This document shows, piece by piece, positions 38,901 to 51,868 of a stretch of 64,000 nt of DNA. Both the position numbers and the translations under genes were made by a program. Within the stretch, counting starts at the first letter, position 1. Each line of letters starts with the position of its first letter. The notes beneath the pieces are model-generated. The model saw only the letters and a list, made by a program, of their open reading frames with translations. It was not told where the DNA came from and made no database searches. This DNA is from Phallusia mammillata (Eukaryota), in NCBI GenBank assembly GCA_965637545.1, contig OZ281496.1, positions 25,048,001 to 25,112,000 of the forward strand. Direction: 5' to 3'.

Positions 38901-39997
38901 GGGCTGGACATTGTTTTATCCTGCAGGAGATGAAACGCAAACTTTTCGAAGTCAAAAAACATATATCAACTCACTTAAAATTTGCTTGAAGAAAGTTGAA
39001 AACCTAACTATGGTGTCTAAACTTAACTTTGCTTATCAAATTTAATTCTCAAGCAAGAAGTCAATCTTCTACATCATCAGTAACTGTGAAAAGCATAAAA
39101 AAACATATCGCAATAAATACCAATGTCCTATTGTTTTCTATTAGTTTAAATTTACAGACATGACAATGGACTGCATGATTCTATTTTTTACCTTGGAACT
39201 ATGAGTAACGACTGGACTTATATTTAGGAATTGCTCAACCCAAGAAAAGCTTTTCCTGAGGGCTACAGTGTCGGAGTTTAGAAGATCAGGATTGGAGGAA
39301 GCCACTGTGGGTCAAATCCTTCAGCATCATGTGACACTTGCAAAACTTGACAATCTTCCCCCTGCCACAGTGACATCCTTAATAAAGGTAATAGTTGATA
39401 TATTTATGGGCATTTTTTCAATCGCAGCCAACGAAGCTTGTTTACCTAGGGTTTCTTGTTGAACTATTCAATTTGTTTTGAACCAATTTTGATCTGTGCA
39501 ATTTAGACTTGACTAATTTGAAAATATCTCATTTAACTGAATGTGATAAAACCCTTTGCTACAGTTCATTTATAACCCAAAATGCACATCAGTTGTCTGT
39601 TTGTTGAACAATATGTAAATAATGCTAAGTTAAAAAAATGATCTTGCTTGTGGTAAGTGAACCTGGGCTGTACTTCTATTTAAATTTACTTTTGTTTGAA
39701 TAATTTTGAGCACATTTTATGTTGGCATGAGTTTTTATAAGGTTCCTGCTTAATCAAAGGAAAAAATGGGTGTTTTAAAAAATATAATTGGTTTGGTATT
39801 TGCTACTTTATACCTTAAGAATCAGTAAACTCTCAAATTGCATGCTTTGAAATACTTGAAACGTTTTTCAGGTTTGCAATCAACTTGCTGCTTCACATGT
39901 CCTGCTGATGGAGATGGGTCGTCATGATTTGTATGCTCGTGTTCGATTAAATGTCAGCATTGACGATGTTTTGTTTGCGCTCAATGCTGATTCTTAA
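23952..39997 (+). CDS. ORC1: Origin recognition complex subunit 1 (~1,100 aa; BAH, long IDR, AAA+, winged helix)
   Basis: Exons 23952-24126, 24183-24274, 24768-24865, 26211-26350, 26584-26681, 26749-26851, 26912-26998, 27153-27317, 29985-30152, 30362-30408, 30688-30943, 31202-31339, 31625-31804, 32345-32593, 34834-34946, 35312-35505, 36221-36392, 36872-37000, 37353-37517, 37832-37989, 38444-38533, 39228-39387, 39872-39997; all GT-AG and in phase. Motifs: BAH ([14 protein letters not shown]), [18 protein letters not shown], Walker A GVPGTGKT, Walker [32 protein letters not shown] at 40179. The start codon could instead be the ATG at 24191. Confidence 0.96.
25065..25735. mobile_element. Probable degenerate non-autonomous DNA element in ORC1 intron 3, containing a (CA)n tract
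   Basis: Begins CAGGGCTAG...; TTTCCCGGGA and TTTTCCCGCC motifs cluster at both ends; CA microsatellite at ~25482-25500. No clean TIR/TSD pair. Confidence 0.4.
27603..29000 (+). repeat. Two head-to-tail Helentron/HINE-like non-autonomous units with internal repeats
   Basis: Head GGGTTCCCTTCCCTGAAGGGGACACATATTG at 27603 and a variant at 28278 (same head at 33101). The block GATGGATTTGG.TGAAA..TACACA.ATGGTAGAT.TAG occurs 3 times; a CCC.CTAGCCCCC(T)AAAA-type motif occurs about 6 times. Confidence 0.7.
29115..29645. repeat. Tandem duplication, ~286-bp period
   Basis: TACCAATCAC...CAACTTTGCATGTGTGGGGAC.CATGAGTTT.TGCCTGCAGAAACAAC...AAGCCACCCTTCTAGTTT starts at 29115 and again at 29401. Confidence 0.9.
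31828..32000. mobile_element. Fragment of a TAGTGAT-type MITE with palindromic GTATCGATAC/GGTATCGA motifs
   Basis: Starts TAGTGATTGGACGAGTACC; repeated GGTATCGA/TCGATACC motifs; partner TIR not found. Confidence 0.4.
32891..34718. mobile_element. hAT-type non-autonomous element (TAGTGATGCAC TIR) with a nested insertion
   Basis: TIRs TAGTGATGCACTGAA / TTCGGTGCATCACTA; perfect 8-bp TSD GTTTATAT (32883-32890 and 34719-34726); subterminal TTCGGCCGAA repeats at both ends. Confidence 0.9.
33101..34430 (+). mobile_element. HINE/Helentron-like element nested in the hAT element, with a ~157-bp internal tandem duplication
   Basis: Left end GGGTCCCCTTCCCTGAAGGGGACACAT; inverted copy AAGGGGACCC near 34421-34430; near-identical repeat units start at 33171 and 33328. 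Confidence 0.7.
36503..36798. mobile_element. hAT (Buster/Charlie-like) MITE
   Basis: TIRs C(C)GGGGTGTCCAAA / TTTGGACACCCCTG; TSD CAGTACAT / CATTACAT; GGCCCGCAGGCC subterminal motif. Confidence 0.85.
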
Positions 39998-41090
39998 ACT
40001 GCTCTTGCTTGCTATGAAGGTGACATTTTTAGCAAAATATCATGTGCTACGTTGTTGCTTACTGCTGTGTAAGCGTATTTTTAGACAAGTGCTTTTCCTA
40101 ATATCACAAAATATGCATGTTATCTGCAGTTAGTGTTATATTGCTTTGGGTTCGTTATACAGTTCTATGATATTAGGCAATAAAAAATATGTTTTGTGTT
40201 AAGTTCGAAATACATTTTTACAGCTTTAATTTGCAAGGTGGAGACTAAAGAGTCAAGATAGAATAGCCTGAGCATCGTTTACAAGTAAGCCAGTTTATTA
40301 CTTTCATAAACAGGGCAATTTTGACATACAAACATGGGTTTAGTTACAACAAAGGCCTTTTTTGTTGCTCTGTTTCACCTAGCCCACCTTATCCTAATTA
40401 TTTTGCTTGTTTGCATAGAGGTATTTTGAAATGGCAGTACCATTCATCAGAAAGGTTTTTGTAATGTATGACAAAATAATGTGACTGCTTTCTTTAAACC
40501 AATGAGTCCCAAAACTGGTACAGCGAGATATTCCATAACAAGTTCAAAAAGTCAAAACAACATGTGATCGATCTGTTAAAAACAAGTGGGACCCATCCAA
40601 TGGAGGGAACGGGAGCTTTTCTCCACATCCATAAAAGCGATATCTAGTTAAGCTTATTATCCGTGAGAAAACAGCGATATAGGCTACAAACAGACTCGCA
40701 ATGTAATTTTAGAAACAAGCTTCTTAATAAACTGGATTTATTTGGAACAACCTTGAAATGAATGACAATCATACTTGCATCAGAAAAACATCAATGGACC
40801 AAAAAGATTCCCTGCCCAATATTGTCAATACAGTAAGAATGACCACTGCATGCACATAAGTTCAATCTTACTTTGCACATATACACACAATTCATGCTTC
40901 TGAGGTCTTTTCGAAATGTATCTTTCAAAATTGCACAGCCTTTTTCAAAAACACAATGTTTTCTACATTTATCAAAGTAGTTGTACAACACCAAGGGTAC
41001 CACCGTGTGCCAAACAAACCTCAATATAAATTGAAAATTACAACAAATATGAAATTGGGTTAAAGAACACTTTGCAACAAAAAGGAAATC

Positions 41091-44000
41091 TTATCCTTGT
41101 AAGGCATCCTTGACTTCCTGAGGAACTAGATTGATGATAGTATTGTGTTCTCTGTATGTTGCTATTACACCACCAAGATTTGGCCATTTTACATCAGCAT
41201 CATACTGAATTTTCTTTCCTGAAAATATAGGGGAAAACAGGATAAGGAAACAATTACGAGGGGAAATGATCATTCAGGGCTTTTTTGTTGTATGTTTGGG
41301 ATCAACCAATATCCAATGTTTTGGATGAAAATGATAATGTTGAAACTAACTTGTCTTGTAGTTTTAAACGGACGTCATTAACTAAACACCATTATAATTT
41401 TTTTTGAAGTTTGTCTAATTGAAACACTTTGCCAAATTCAATCTTTCTTTTTACTACCGTTTTTAATTATCGAAATACTTTGTATGACAATTTTTCTACT
41501 ATGAAATGGTCTTGAATCAATTTTCATTCACCATAACTAAAAGTGGGTGAGTGTTTTGATTTGACTTATGACTCTATACCAAAGTCTTGTTAGAACACCA
41601 GCATATAGGAAAACAAAATGCCAAATTTGAATTTAACTAATGCTTTATGAGATAAGAAATAGGAAGGGGTGTTACCGTGGACATCAGTAAGCTGTCCGCC
41701 AATCGCACACAGTATTGCTTCTGGTGCACAAGTGTCCCATTTTTTGCATCCAGGTGAAGCAAAGACATATGCATCAGCCTCACCTTCAATTACCCTGATG
41801 ACCTGGTAAAATGTAAAAGCACTTATGTACAGAAAATACTTTTTTTGTATTAAGGTTGGGATTTAATGCTGCTTTGAAAGCAAACACTACAACAATTTAT
41901 TACTTTTCCTTTTTGCTCAATTGGCAATTGTATGTAACTGAAAGAGACATCATTACATCAGATAATGAAATGTCAAGATGAGTTGCTGGTTGAGCAAATG
42001 GAAAAGTTTGTGACATATGCCTGGCAACAACACTACACATACTTACCACACAAATTTAGTGCTTTGTACATACATCAAACATTATTTAAACTGACAGCTA
42101 CGCCAATATTGCCAATGTACAACTTTTTAACTACAATGTGTGTAAATGAAATAAAATATTTTTTTCTGAAAAACATGGGAACCAAGCAAAGACAAACAAT
42201 AAAATGTCACTATTGTACAAAGGATTCACAACAAGGCATTCTCAGGTTACCAGGTGTGTCCAGTGTAAAAGCCAGTGGTCACATCAACATGTTTATGGTG
42301 ATTACAGAGTCTTATTTTTATCACTGGTCATTTGTTTATCTCTCACTTTTACTACTGTGTACCAAGTAATCTTTTCAAAGCCCAATTGCTTGACATATGT
42401 TTGCCCACCTAAACTTATGAGATGCTTGTGAAAGTTTTAGTATGACTTTTGTTTATTTTCTCTATTAACTCTGCCAAAATTTCATATGGCCATACACCTA
42501 TAACCAACAATGCCTGGACAAAGCACTTCTTGTGCTTTATATTGGACACAGCCATATTGCAATGAGCCTGGCATTAACTTACCTTGTTGCCGGCACCTCC
42601 TTGTCTTTCTACAGCAGTTGGTGACATACTTTCCAAGCAGAGGTTAACTAGTTTGTTGGAGTGGGATCTTGTGGTAATTAGAATTCTTCTGCCAGTTGGA
42701 GGCTCCGCCCGGTTCCAACCAAATGCCCCAAGACCCATTAGGCCCCAAATCGACCGGCCGAGCTGGGACTAAAATTTATTATTAAATGTTTATTGTAATT
42801 TCATATACAAATAAACATCAGTAGTTGACAATTTCGTACCAAATCTAAGCTTTATTTTCACTTACATGGGAATTAACTAAGTAAATATGTGCTTTGAAAT
42901 TACTATGTAGCATGTTGGACTTGGGGCACCTGTATGTCACAGACTAGCACACAATCTCATAAAGTAAACACAAGTTAATATTTTACTAACATCCTTGGCA
43001 CACCTGAGATCCGGATTGGTAATTGTAAAATGGTTGGTTAACAACCCCACCCACAGCCTTTCCATTGACAGCCAACCCAATCAGGATTGTAACATGATCA
43101 AGAAGACCTGCATACATGTAAATGTTTTTAAGTTCCATCAACAAAGGCATACATGTTTTAGGTCAGCGTGGTCCAACTGCAGGCCCGCGGGCCAATTGTG
43201 GCCTGCGAGATCTTTTTGTTGGCCCGCGAACGTCCAACGTTTTAATGACAACTATAATTTTTGTTTTCAATTTTTTAAAATGTGATAATTAAGCAACACA
43301 AAATGCTGTAAAATATCCTATTGTGACGCATGACCGGACATTGTTATGTGTAATAAAGGGTTCTTGCATCAACAAACCGTTTGGGCATATTTTGCACCAG
43401 AGTAGAAACTGAATGTTTGTAACGGCTGCTACTTGGTATATAACTATAAAAGATACAAAATAAAATTATCCATTGATTAAAAACAGTGTATAGTCACCCT
43501 GGTGTTTGTGCCAGAAAACAAGTTTTACCTGCGAAAATTTCAGACCTTGGCATGCGAAGTAAGTTAACGATTTTTAATGGCCCGCAACAAAATAAAGTTG
43601 GACCACACTGTTTTAGGTAATGCTTGATATCTTATGGCAGTGGTTTCCAACCTTTATCGACAAGTTCCTTACTTAACAATCCAAAACACTTTCACTTACT
43701 CCCAAAGCAATGTGTCTATTTACAAAGCACATGTGCAAGCTTAGTAAATTTGTTCCTCAAGTTTTAAAATTCCTTTTTGGTTGCGACGTTTTAACTTGTC
43801 AACTAAATCATGCTTGTTTGCATTTTAAAGATTTGCAATATTTTTTGGGAGATGACAAGAATCCTTGTCTGTTTATGTTCAAACTACATACACCTATTGA
43901 AACCTGCATTCACACACATTTCGCATGTTTGTTTTTTCTATCACATTTATAAAAATGGCATACCACATACCTTCAGTAAATTCTGCAGTCCCATCCAATG

Positions 44001-44617
44001 GATCAACCCATACTACGATCTATGCAAAAGAAATCAGTTTCGATACAAATCACATATGGTGTTTAGCAAAAGCTTACATTTTCTTCATTAACAGTGGAAT
44101 AGTTGGCTGGGCATTCCATCTTCATGACCTCTGGGTCCAAGTCCACTTTCGCATCCGCACTTGGGTCCAAGCCCTCATCTTCTTCACCAATAATGACAAG
44201 TTTAGGGAATTTGGAGATCAGAGAAGCCCTGATTAATTTCTCGACAGAGCGGTCGGCTTTTGTTTGCAAATTCTTTTGACCACCCTACATAAAAAACAGC
44301 AGATTACACCAAACAGTTTGAAGATCACTCTTAAGAAGTTATAGTTCAAATGGCTTTATATTCAAGTTTGTAACTGGCTTTATATTTCTTGTAATTGAAC
44401 CTGAATTGCTATAATCAGGGATAATTAGTGGTCTATAACTGAACAATGAAGAACTAAACATATGTCAGTAAATGAAATCTTACAATATCAATTCTCATAC
44501 CTTGTCGACAATTCCCAAATCACCAGATGTCATAATTTGTCTAACAAGCTCTGCAGCTTTGTCAGCAATTCGCACAGATGCAGCCAGCACTCTATGTATT
44601 ACAGGTCCACTTGCCAT
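41091..44617 (-). CDS. BPNT1: 3'(2'),5'-bisphosphate nucleotidase 1 (305 aa)
   Basis: Exons 44617-44501, 44284-44078, 44019-43971, 43107-43004, 42768-42583, 41802-41676, 41218-41091. Sequence starts [29 protein letters not shown] and carries [31 protein letters not shown] and [10 protein letters not shown] (inositol monophosphatase superfamily metal-binding motifs). Confidence 0.96.
43164..43610. mobile_element. hAT (Buster/Charlie-like) MITE in a BPNT1 intron
   Basis: TIRs CAGCGTGGTCCAACT / AGTTGGACCACACTG; perfect TSD TTTTAGGT on both sides. Confidence 0.92.
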
Positions 44618-45049
44618 CTTTTATCACTTATGTACAGTGTAATTAACACAAAACCTGCAACGAATCTCATGGTATTGATTGTAACCAGTAAAATTACACA
44701 AATCTAATGGAACATTTTAACAAAAGAAAATATTACAAGAGGTATCAGTTAGGAATTGCAAGCCAGTAATTCACAAACTATGTGCAATAATATACAGTAC
44801 TGATGCACTAAGAGATCATTAAGGGTGCCCACTTGCACGGTAAAAATCTTTATAGGGCTGTACAGAAAATGCGATTGTGCAAGGCTAGAGCCATATTTTG
44901 ATCTGTTTCGTTACCAAAACAGCCCCGCCCCCAACTATATATTTCGTGAAACATAAAGATCTTTTTTTTAAGAAACATTAGTCTTTTACTAAGTTTTCCA
45001 CTAAAGATATATAAAGAGATAGTGTGCCACAAAATCAAAACTTAAACAC

Positions 45050-45305
45050 TCCACAAAGTTGTCTACAAACAACACAAAACAACATCTTTATCATTGACTG
45101 TCAGTTCCAAAACCCCTATTGTATTGTATTAATTTTAAAACCGGGCATGAAAATGGTACTTAACAGAACAGAAACACTACACTAGTGGCACAGAATCTGG
45201 AAACGCCTGCAAAATCTCGTATTTAGTTACACTTATAGATCTTTTTCACAACTAAGTTGCCTACAAACAACACAAAACAACAACTTTATTATCGACTGGC
45301 AGATC
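45050..45305. repeat. Dispersed ~50-bp local direct repeat
   Basis: AAGTTG.CTACAAACAACACAAAACAACA.CTTTAT.AT.GACTG.CAG at ~45055 and ~45254. Confidence 0.7.
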
Positions 45306-45329
45306 AATTGACTGGACACTGGGCAGTAA

Positions 45330-45560
45330 GAAGGTCTACGTGACCACTTCAGCAACACAATGAGCATTGATTTCGCAACCAAATGAAGTTAGTGAAGTTC
45401 CAACGTGTATCTTTATTTTCCAGGTGGGGCTTTCACTTTTAAATCGCTGCCTCAGCATGACGCTAACAAATCCCTTGAGCATTGCGGTGAACGTTCGCTC
45501 GAGCACGTGCACAAACCACTCATGCGTGCAATGACCGGTCAACTGTGACGTCAGATTGTT
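45330..45560 (-). promoter_or_regulatory. Probable BPNT1 promoter / 5' region
   Basis: Locally GC/CpG-richer segment upstream of BPNT1 with a CRE-like GTGACGTCA at ~45545. Confidence 0.35.
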
Positions 45561-46748
45561 ATCGCTGATTTAAAGGTATGTTTTTGCTTTTCTAAGATTT
45601 ATAGTACAAAGGCTAGCCACTAAACTTGTAGACTTTTGTTTTCATTGATGACCAAGTAAATACAAAGTAAACTGGGCACGTTCAGCTGCTTTTCGTGATT
45701 GTGGTAACGTAATGTCGTGATAGACCTCATAAGGCCTTCACGGCATATTTGGCATGGGTTGCTGGTTTAGTTTATTTTTTGTGTTGTTTTGTAAACTTAA
45801 TCTGCTATCTGTTCTACTAAACTTAACCCACACTTTGTGCCAACAATCCCCAACCATAGGCAGATGCAATCGTAAAAAAACATCCTTAGCGTTTTACTTA
45901 GATTATTAACTTACTGCTAATCAGTAAAATCTATTGGTGTATTTCCTGGCTACTGTAAAACGGAAAAGCCGCGTAAAATTAACTTTGACTTTAGGTAACA
46001 ACAGTTTTCAGAAACTTCCAAAATAACACTGGCATACTGATCATTTTAGTGTGTGTTCTAGTTGTTGAAAGCAGTCGTTTATGATTGCATTTTCCTCGGA
46101 CCTAAATAACTTACTAAGTATGTATTCAAATCTTGCTGACAAAACATATCATATGTACGTTATTTTAATACGCCAATCTCCGTATATGCGGGTAACACAA
46201 AGTTTAACCAGTCAAATGGAACAATTGAACAGGCAGCGCATAAATAAAGGCCGACGTTGTTAGGGGTTAAATAAAAGACAAGGATGAATACAATTTGTGC
46301 AGACTAGAATGTATGTACAATATTTACACAGAAAAATGAGAAATTGCAATTACATACAAAGCGCAACTCTAAGCAAAAAACAACAACACTGCTTAATTTA
46401 GAACATAATTTACGTCACTAAAATTTTATATTTTTTGCATATTGTTTGTATCTTTTACAATGTTTATTGCACATTTGTTGCATATATTGCAGAAAAACTT
46501 CCCCTATCTTGAAGTATGCAGAAAAAGTTCACCTATTCTTGAAGATAGCGGTGTGAAAATGTAAATTAGTCTTAAAATAGCTTTTTCTCTACATCTACAC
46601 CGCCAGTATAGTCTTTCAAAATGTTGAAAAAGTGATGCTTAGATTTCGATGTTGATAGATGGTATGGTAACAACAGTTTGGTATAATGATGAGACTTTGC
46701 AGTCCATTACATAGAACTGTTCCTAACTGTAGATGAACCTCTTTGTTA

Positions 46749-49700
46749 TTAGTATTCGAAATCTTCTTCATTTTCCCCTGCTTCGTCTTGAGTCTCAGTT
46801 CCCACCTCTTCGTAATCTTTCTCCAACGCGTCGAGATCTTCTTTGGCTTCACTAAATTCTCCCTCCTCCATTCCTTCGCCGACATACCTGTGTTATTGAC
46901 GAAATGGTTAATGTGTTTTCCGCAAATAGGTGCGTTAAGGTGAAGCTTGACGGTTTCAAATGTGTTACAGACTTCTTAGATCGTATCCATTTTGACCACA
47001 ATATCTTATGAGTGGTTATGACAAATGACAGAGCTGGTTATAAACATTATAAGCTTGTAGTGGTGTAATGGTACGTACCAATAGAAATCCTTAACAATTT
47101 TATGCTTGTCTGAATTCAAGACATGGCAATATATTGCAACGGTGTAGGTCAGTATACGGTTGAGAAACAGGCGATGTAAGTGTAGACGATATTGATTAGC
47201 TCATTTTGCTGTCAAACTTATTGGCTCTGGGACAAGCTTTTTGGAAAACTTGCCACAACATTTTTGGCGTGTTTTGTTTTTAGCGTCCAATAGACTGGCA
47301 ATCTCCAAACTTTTCCAGTTTGTTTTTATGTTTTTCATTGATTGGTCTTTGCATATACCGGACAGTGGCTTTTAGGTTTAAAAGGTAAATAACGCCGCAT
47401 GAACTGACAATAGGATGACGAGCTTCCTTTCGAACTAAACAATACTGTCCCAAATGAGTCATATAACTTTTTGCGTTCGGTTTAATCGGTTAGAAATTCT
47501 GTGATCACATCGTTTTACTAACCAGCAAAATTTAAAGCTTTGAAATTAGTTTAATTTGCGGGACATCCGCATTCTGCATGAATCACAGTCAGAATTTTAG
47601 CAGGGCTGTTTGTATCCAAATTAATTTTGCGCAAATATAGGGTTTGCGTTTATACGGGATTTTGCGTTTTATAGGGTCTTGTCTTTTTGTTAAGTCAACC
47701 AAATGCAAAATAGCGTTCTATTAAGTTGACTTCTAAACCGCCAAAATTTACTTTAAAATGTTTACAAGAAAAGGCTTGATTCGGTCATTCTGTGTCTGTA
47801 TTTTTTTTATCTAAGATATAGATTACCAAACTAAGTAGCTAGTTGCTGGATATAACCTAATGCCCATCGTCTTGTTTAGGCCATTGTTTATTTTTGACTT
47901 ATTGTCTATTGTGTATGTATGCTTTGCTATAGGCCTGTCAATCAAACTTACGGGCCTAAACGGGCTTCTCAAAAACGATTCGAGTTAGGCCCGGGCTTCT
48001 TGTTTATTGTTTCTTGTTTGGGCCCGGTTAAAACTCTGGTTTGCACAAAAGAGATTGAAACTGTTTGATTCCTTAAAGTCTTTACTTACCAATGGACGAA
48101 AGCTCTCTTGTCGTACATCAGTTGAAATTTATGGTTGAGTCTCGACCAGGCTTCCGCAATGGCAGTTGTGTTGCTGAGCATGCACAGAGCGCGTGGCACA
48201 GCAGTCATGTCGCTACCCGGAACCATGGTGGGTGGCTGAGAGTTTATTCCAACTTTAAAACCGGTCGGGCACCAGTCTACGAACTGCGAGTAAAAACAGA
48301 ATGTTATGCTACTAAAATTACAATCGAACTCAATTTAAACTTTATGTGTGCAAACAGTGGAGCCATCTATAGACTTGTACAAGCTGGAACAGTTAACTTA
48401 TTAAGGCTTTTAATAAAAGCATAATGGCTGTTTAAAAGTAACACTCTTAAAGGCTATTTTACAGTTAGTGGAAGGTGGCAGCGCTACGTTTATAGAGTAA
48501 ACTTAGTATTATTTTTAGGATTTCGTAGTTGGTTTTGGTTACCAAGAAAGGTTAACGTTTCTTAATTAACGGACATACTACTAAGTGTTCGTGACTACCC
48601 AAAACATGCGAAAACTGCAAAAATAGCAGAAACACAAGCAAATCATCGAACTACAGTTTTTTCATCGTTTAAGCACTGTGTTTGAACCAGTTTTCCCCCT
48701 TTTGCATCCTGTATGGTCTAATAAGAACGTTTGTGTTAATAGTGTGTCATTAGCCTGATGTAGACGCCCCAATTGAGACATATTTGTACGTTTGTGTAAT
48801 AATTCTGGAAGAAAACTCGGCGGATCGCAGTACTACTTTAGAGGACCATGCCTATTTTTTCCTTTTACCTGAATGGTTCGTTTGTTTTTTATGTTGGAAA
48901 TAGCCACATTCACATCCTTCGGCACAACATCACCTCTGTACAACATACAGCAAGCCATATATTTTCCAGTACGTGGGTCGCACTTTACCATCTGGTTTTC
49001 TGGCTCGAAACACGCGCTCGTGATATCGCTCACGGTGAATTGCTCGTGATAGGCTTTCTCGGCTGATATCACGGGAGCGTACGTCGTGAGAGGAAAATGG
49101 ATTCTAGGATACGGAACCAAGTTGGTTTGGAACTCAGTGAGATCGACGTTAAGAGAGCCTGAGAAGCGTAAAGACGCGGTAATGGATGAAACGACTTGGG
49201 CAATTAGATGGTTAAGGTTGGAGTAGTTGGGTCGTTCTACGCCAAGTTTCTTCATGCAAATTTCGTAGATTGCTTCGTTGTCAACCATAAATGCACAGTC
49301 TGTGTGCTCGAGGGTTGTGTGAGTTGTGAGAACTGAGTTGTAAGGCTCTACAACTGCTGTTGAGATCTGCAGAGAAGGAATAATGCATTAGGGTTAATGC
49401 TGCTTTGATAAAACCCTTTCTACGCTTCTAAATGTGCTGTAATGTCACATTTTTTTTGCTTTAGTTGTTTTTGTTTGGGTAAAAGCTAGCTTTTTAGTGC
49501 TTGAGTTGTGTTTGTATGAGAAGCCAGTTTTTTTCATGACCAGATAAATAGTCTGACAAATGTATTCAAACATTGGTCATTTGGATGCAACTATTATATA
49601 AGCGAGGAAAAAATGGCCAAAATTAACTTGACTAACTCTTCAACCTACCCTTGGTGCTGGGTACACTGCAAATTCCAGCTTTGATTTCTTCCCATACTCA

Positions 49701-51868
49701 ATGGAAAGTCGTTCCAGGAGCAAAGATGCGAATCCTGATCCGGTTCCTCCTCCGAATGAGTGGAAAATAAGGAAACCTTGCAAACTGGTACACTGGTCGG
49801 CGAGCTTCCTGATTCTGTCCACAGTTTGGTCAATTTGCTCCTTTCCTGCCAAAGAAATGTCGATTTATACTGGGATCAGCCCCGAGGCGTTCATGCAGAC
49901 CAGAGATCAGGGCATGCAACGATGCTTGTGATTCGACTTTCGGCGGGCTCACCTCAGAGCCTGTGTATCCCAGTTAGTAGTGCTTGAGTCCCTAAAAAGG
50001 CTCTTGTCGTAGGTTCGAATCCCACCGCAGTCTAGATTTTTCTAGTCTTCACCTTGCCATATGGGAATGCTTGCAAAACCGGCTTGATTCGGTATAATGC
50101 CCTCAATGGGCTTGACGTACTGTGTATTTAATTTGCGTCCTATTTGTCTCATAATCCTATAAGCCAACAACCACTTACCGACGGTATAATGTCCCCTGGC
50201 GTAATTATTAGCCGCATCTTCCTTTCCTGTTATCATTTGCTCCGGATGGAAGAGAGCCCGAAATTCCCCGGTCCGTATCTCATCTGTGAAGGGGATTATG
50301 TTGGATTATTTATTTGGACTGTTAGTATAGCTGTTGCAGAAATACATAACAACCTGACAAGGCTAATTGATGTCTTTTTGACAGTATAAGGTTGTCATAA
50401 AGACCTAAATGTAACTACAATGCATATTAAACGGTTCAATTATCCGCACGAACTTTAGATAAGTTACTATGACTTTAGCTTCGAAGAAGCAGGTTCTAAT
50501 ATTCTTTGTGTATTGAAGACTACAGCTTCACAGTGTGAAGAGTTCCACAGACTATTACCATGGAATGTAGTAAAGCCACGTTTAAACAAATATATGCGTA
50601 CTGGTTTAGAAATGTATTAAAGAAAAAATTCAAAAAAGGGGGGTGGGGGGTTAAAGACTACCAAATAACACCTTCTGCCATTGTTCCAAACCAATTTTGA
50701 TACTCTTTTATACAGTAAATTTCCGTTTGAACTCAAAAAATTGTCCAGTTTAAGCGAAGGACCGGATTAACCAATGTCGATTGGTTGAAGCTTTACCACA
50801 TTACAAATCATTTGTACCTCAAGTTTTTGTCCGAATTAGGCGAAGAACCGGATTAACCGAATCCTGTTTACTGTATTATATTTTTCGGTTTGTATGTTGC
50901 ATCCCACTTACCCACTACGGTTGGCTCCAGATCGACGAATATGGTTCTGGGAACGTGTTTTCCAGAACCAGTTTCGCTGAAGAAAGTGCTGAATGAGTCG
51001 TCCTTTTTGTTCGATTGGGCCGTTTCCATCATCCCACTTTTGTCAATTCCATGTTCCAGACAGTAGAGTTCCCAGCAAGCACTGCCGATCTGGGTCCCGG
51101 CTTGACCAACGTGAAGTGAAATGCATTCGCGCTGCGTTAAAAATGGTTGGTTTTGTAACTTCATGAAGGCATCTTATGTAGAGTTTCACAGGCAGAAAAC
51201 GGGATATATGGAACGTTAACTTCACAGATAGATTTTAATTGGCTTTTTTGGTTGATGACGTGGCCCTCTCTGTAGCTTGTGCAACAAAAGGTTATGCGCA
51301 GAAATGATAAGGAAATGCTTTCAAGTGCAATACCGGTCATTTACTAGTTAAAAAAATAACTGTCCAATTTCTAGTTGCAAATTAAACAACTGCGACATTT
51401 TGGGTCAGTTTTTCAGGTTGTTCCCTTGAAATGTTTATCTTATGACCTGATACACATTAGGTAGCAATTCCTGTTTTGCATTTTTTAAATAGTAAATCTT
51501 TACAACACTAAGTTTTATGTACTTCTAACCTCATGTACTGACATAATGTTGCCCTGATGAAATAAACCTATATCTTAGCTGGATCGTAATTCTCCCAGAA
51601 TGCATTTACAGCTTAGAATAAACCGTTAGAAATGTAGCTAGTTTAATGTATTGGGTTTGCCGGTTCGCAGAATTGAGACCGTTTTTGGCATTTAATTCCA
51701 ACACGTTGGCAAAACACGAAGCGGTAACGCCCAGTAGCTCTTTGTCTGAAGCTAGTCTCATCCTGCCTAAGACCATCCTTGTAAATACCAGTTAAAGCGT
51801 GACAAGGCCAAGCTTTAAAGTTATAATAAACAATACCTTTCCAAACATATTATGAAAACACCTACCAT
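46749..51868 (-). CDS. TUBA: Divergent alpha-tubulin (451 aa)
   Basis: Exons 51868-51866 (ATG alone, then GTAGGT), 51131-50912, 50283-50179, 49845-49649, 49366-48869, 48283-48090, 46887-46749. Motifs [73 protein letters not shown]; acidic tail ending ...EEDFEY. Confidence 0.97.
47835..48038. mobile_element. hAT-type MITE family A, right half, in a tubulin intron
   Basis: CTAAGTAGCTAGTTGCTGGA, TAGGCCTGTCAATCAAACTT.CGGGCCTAAACGGGCTTCTCAAAAAC and terminal AACTCTG match the 54280 copy. Confidence 0.75.
49913..50124 (+). mobile_element. tRNA-containing interspersed repeat, copy 2 (more diverged), in alpha-tubulin intron 3
   Basis: Collinear with the reverse complement of 20369-20603: TGCTTGTGATTC..CTTTCGGCGG leader, tRNA-like 49959-50032 with GGTTCGAATCCC, then CTAGATTTTTCTAG and a CCTTGCC.TATGG...GATTCGGT...CAATGGGC...CGTACTG tail. 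Confidence 0.8.

Noticed and set aside
41091-51868. Alpha-tubulin and BPNT1 as a trans-spliced operon
   Set aside because: More than 2 kb separates the tubulin stop from the BPNT1 ATG, with a promoter-like GC/CRE patch in between. Ascidian operons usually have almost no intercistronic gap.
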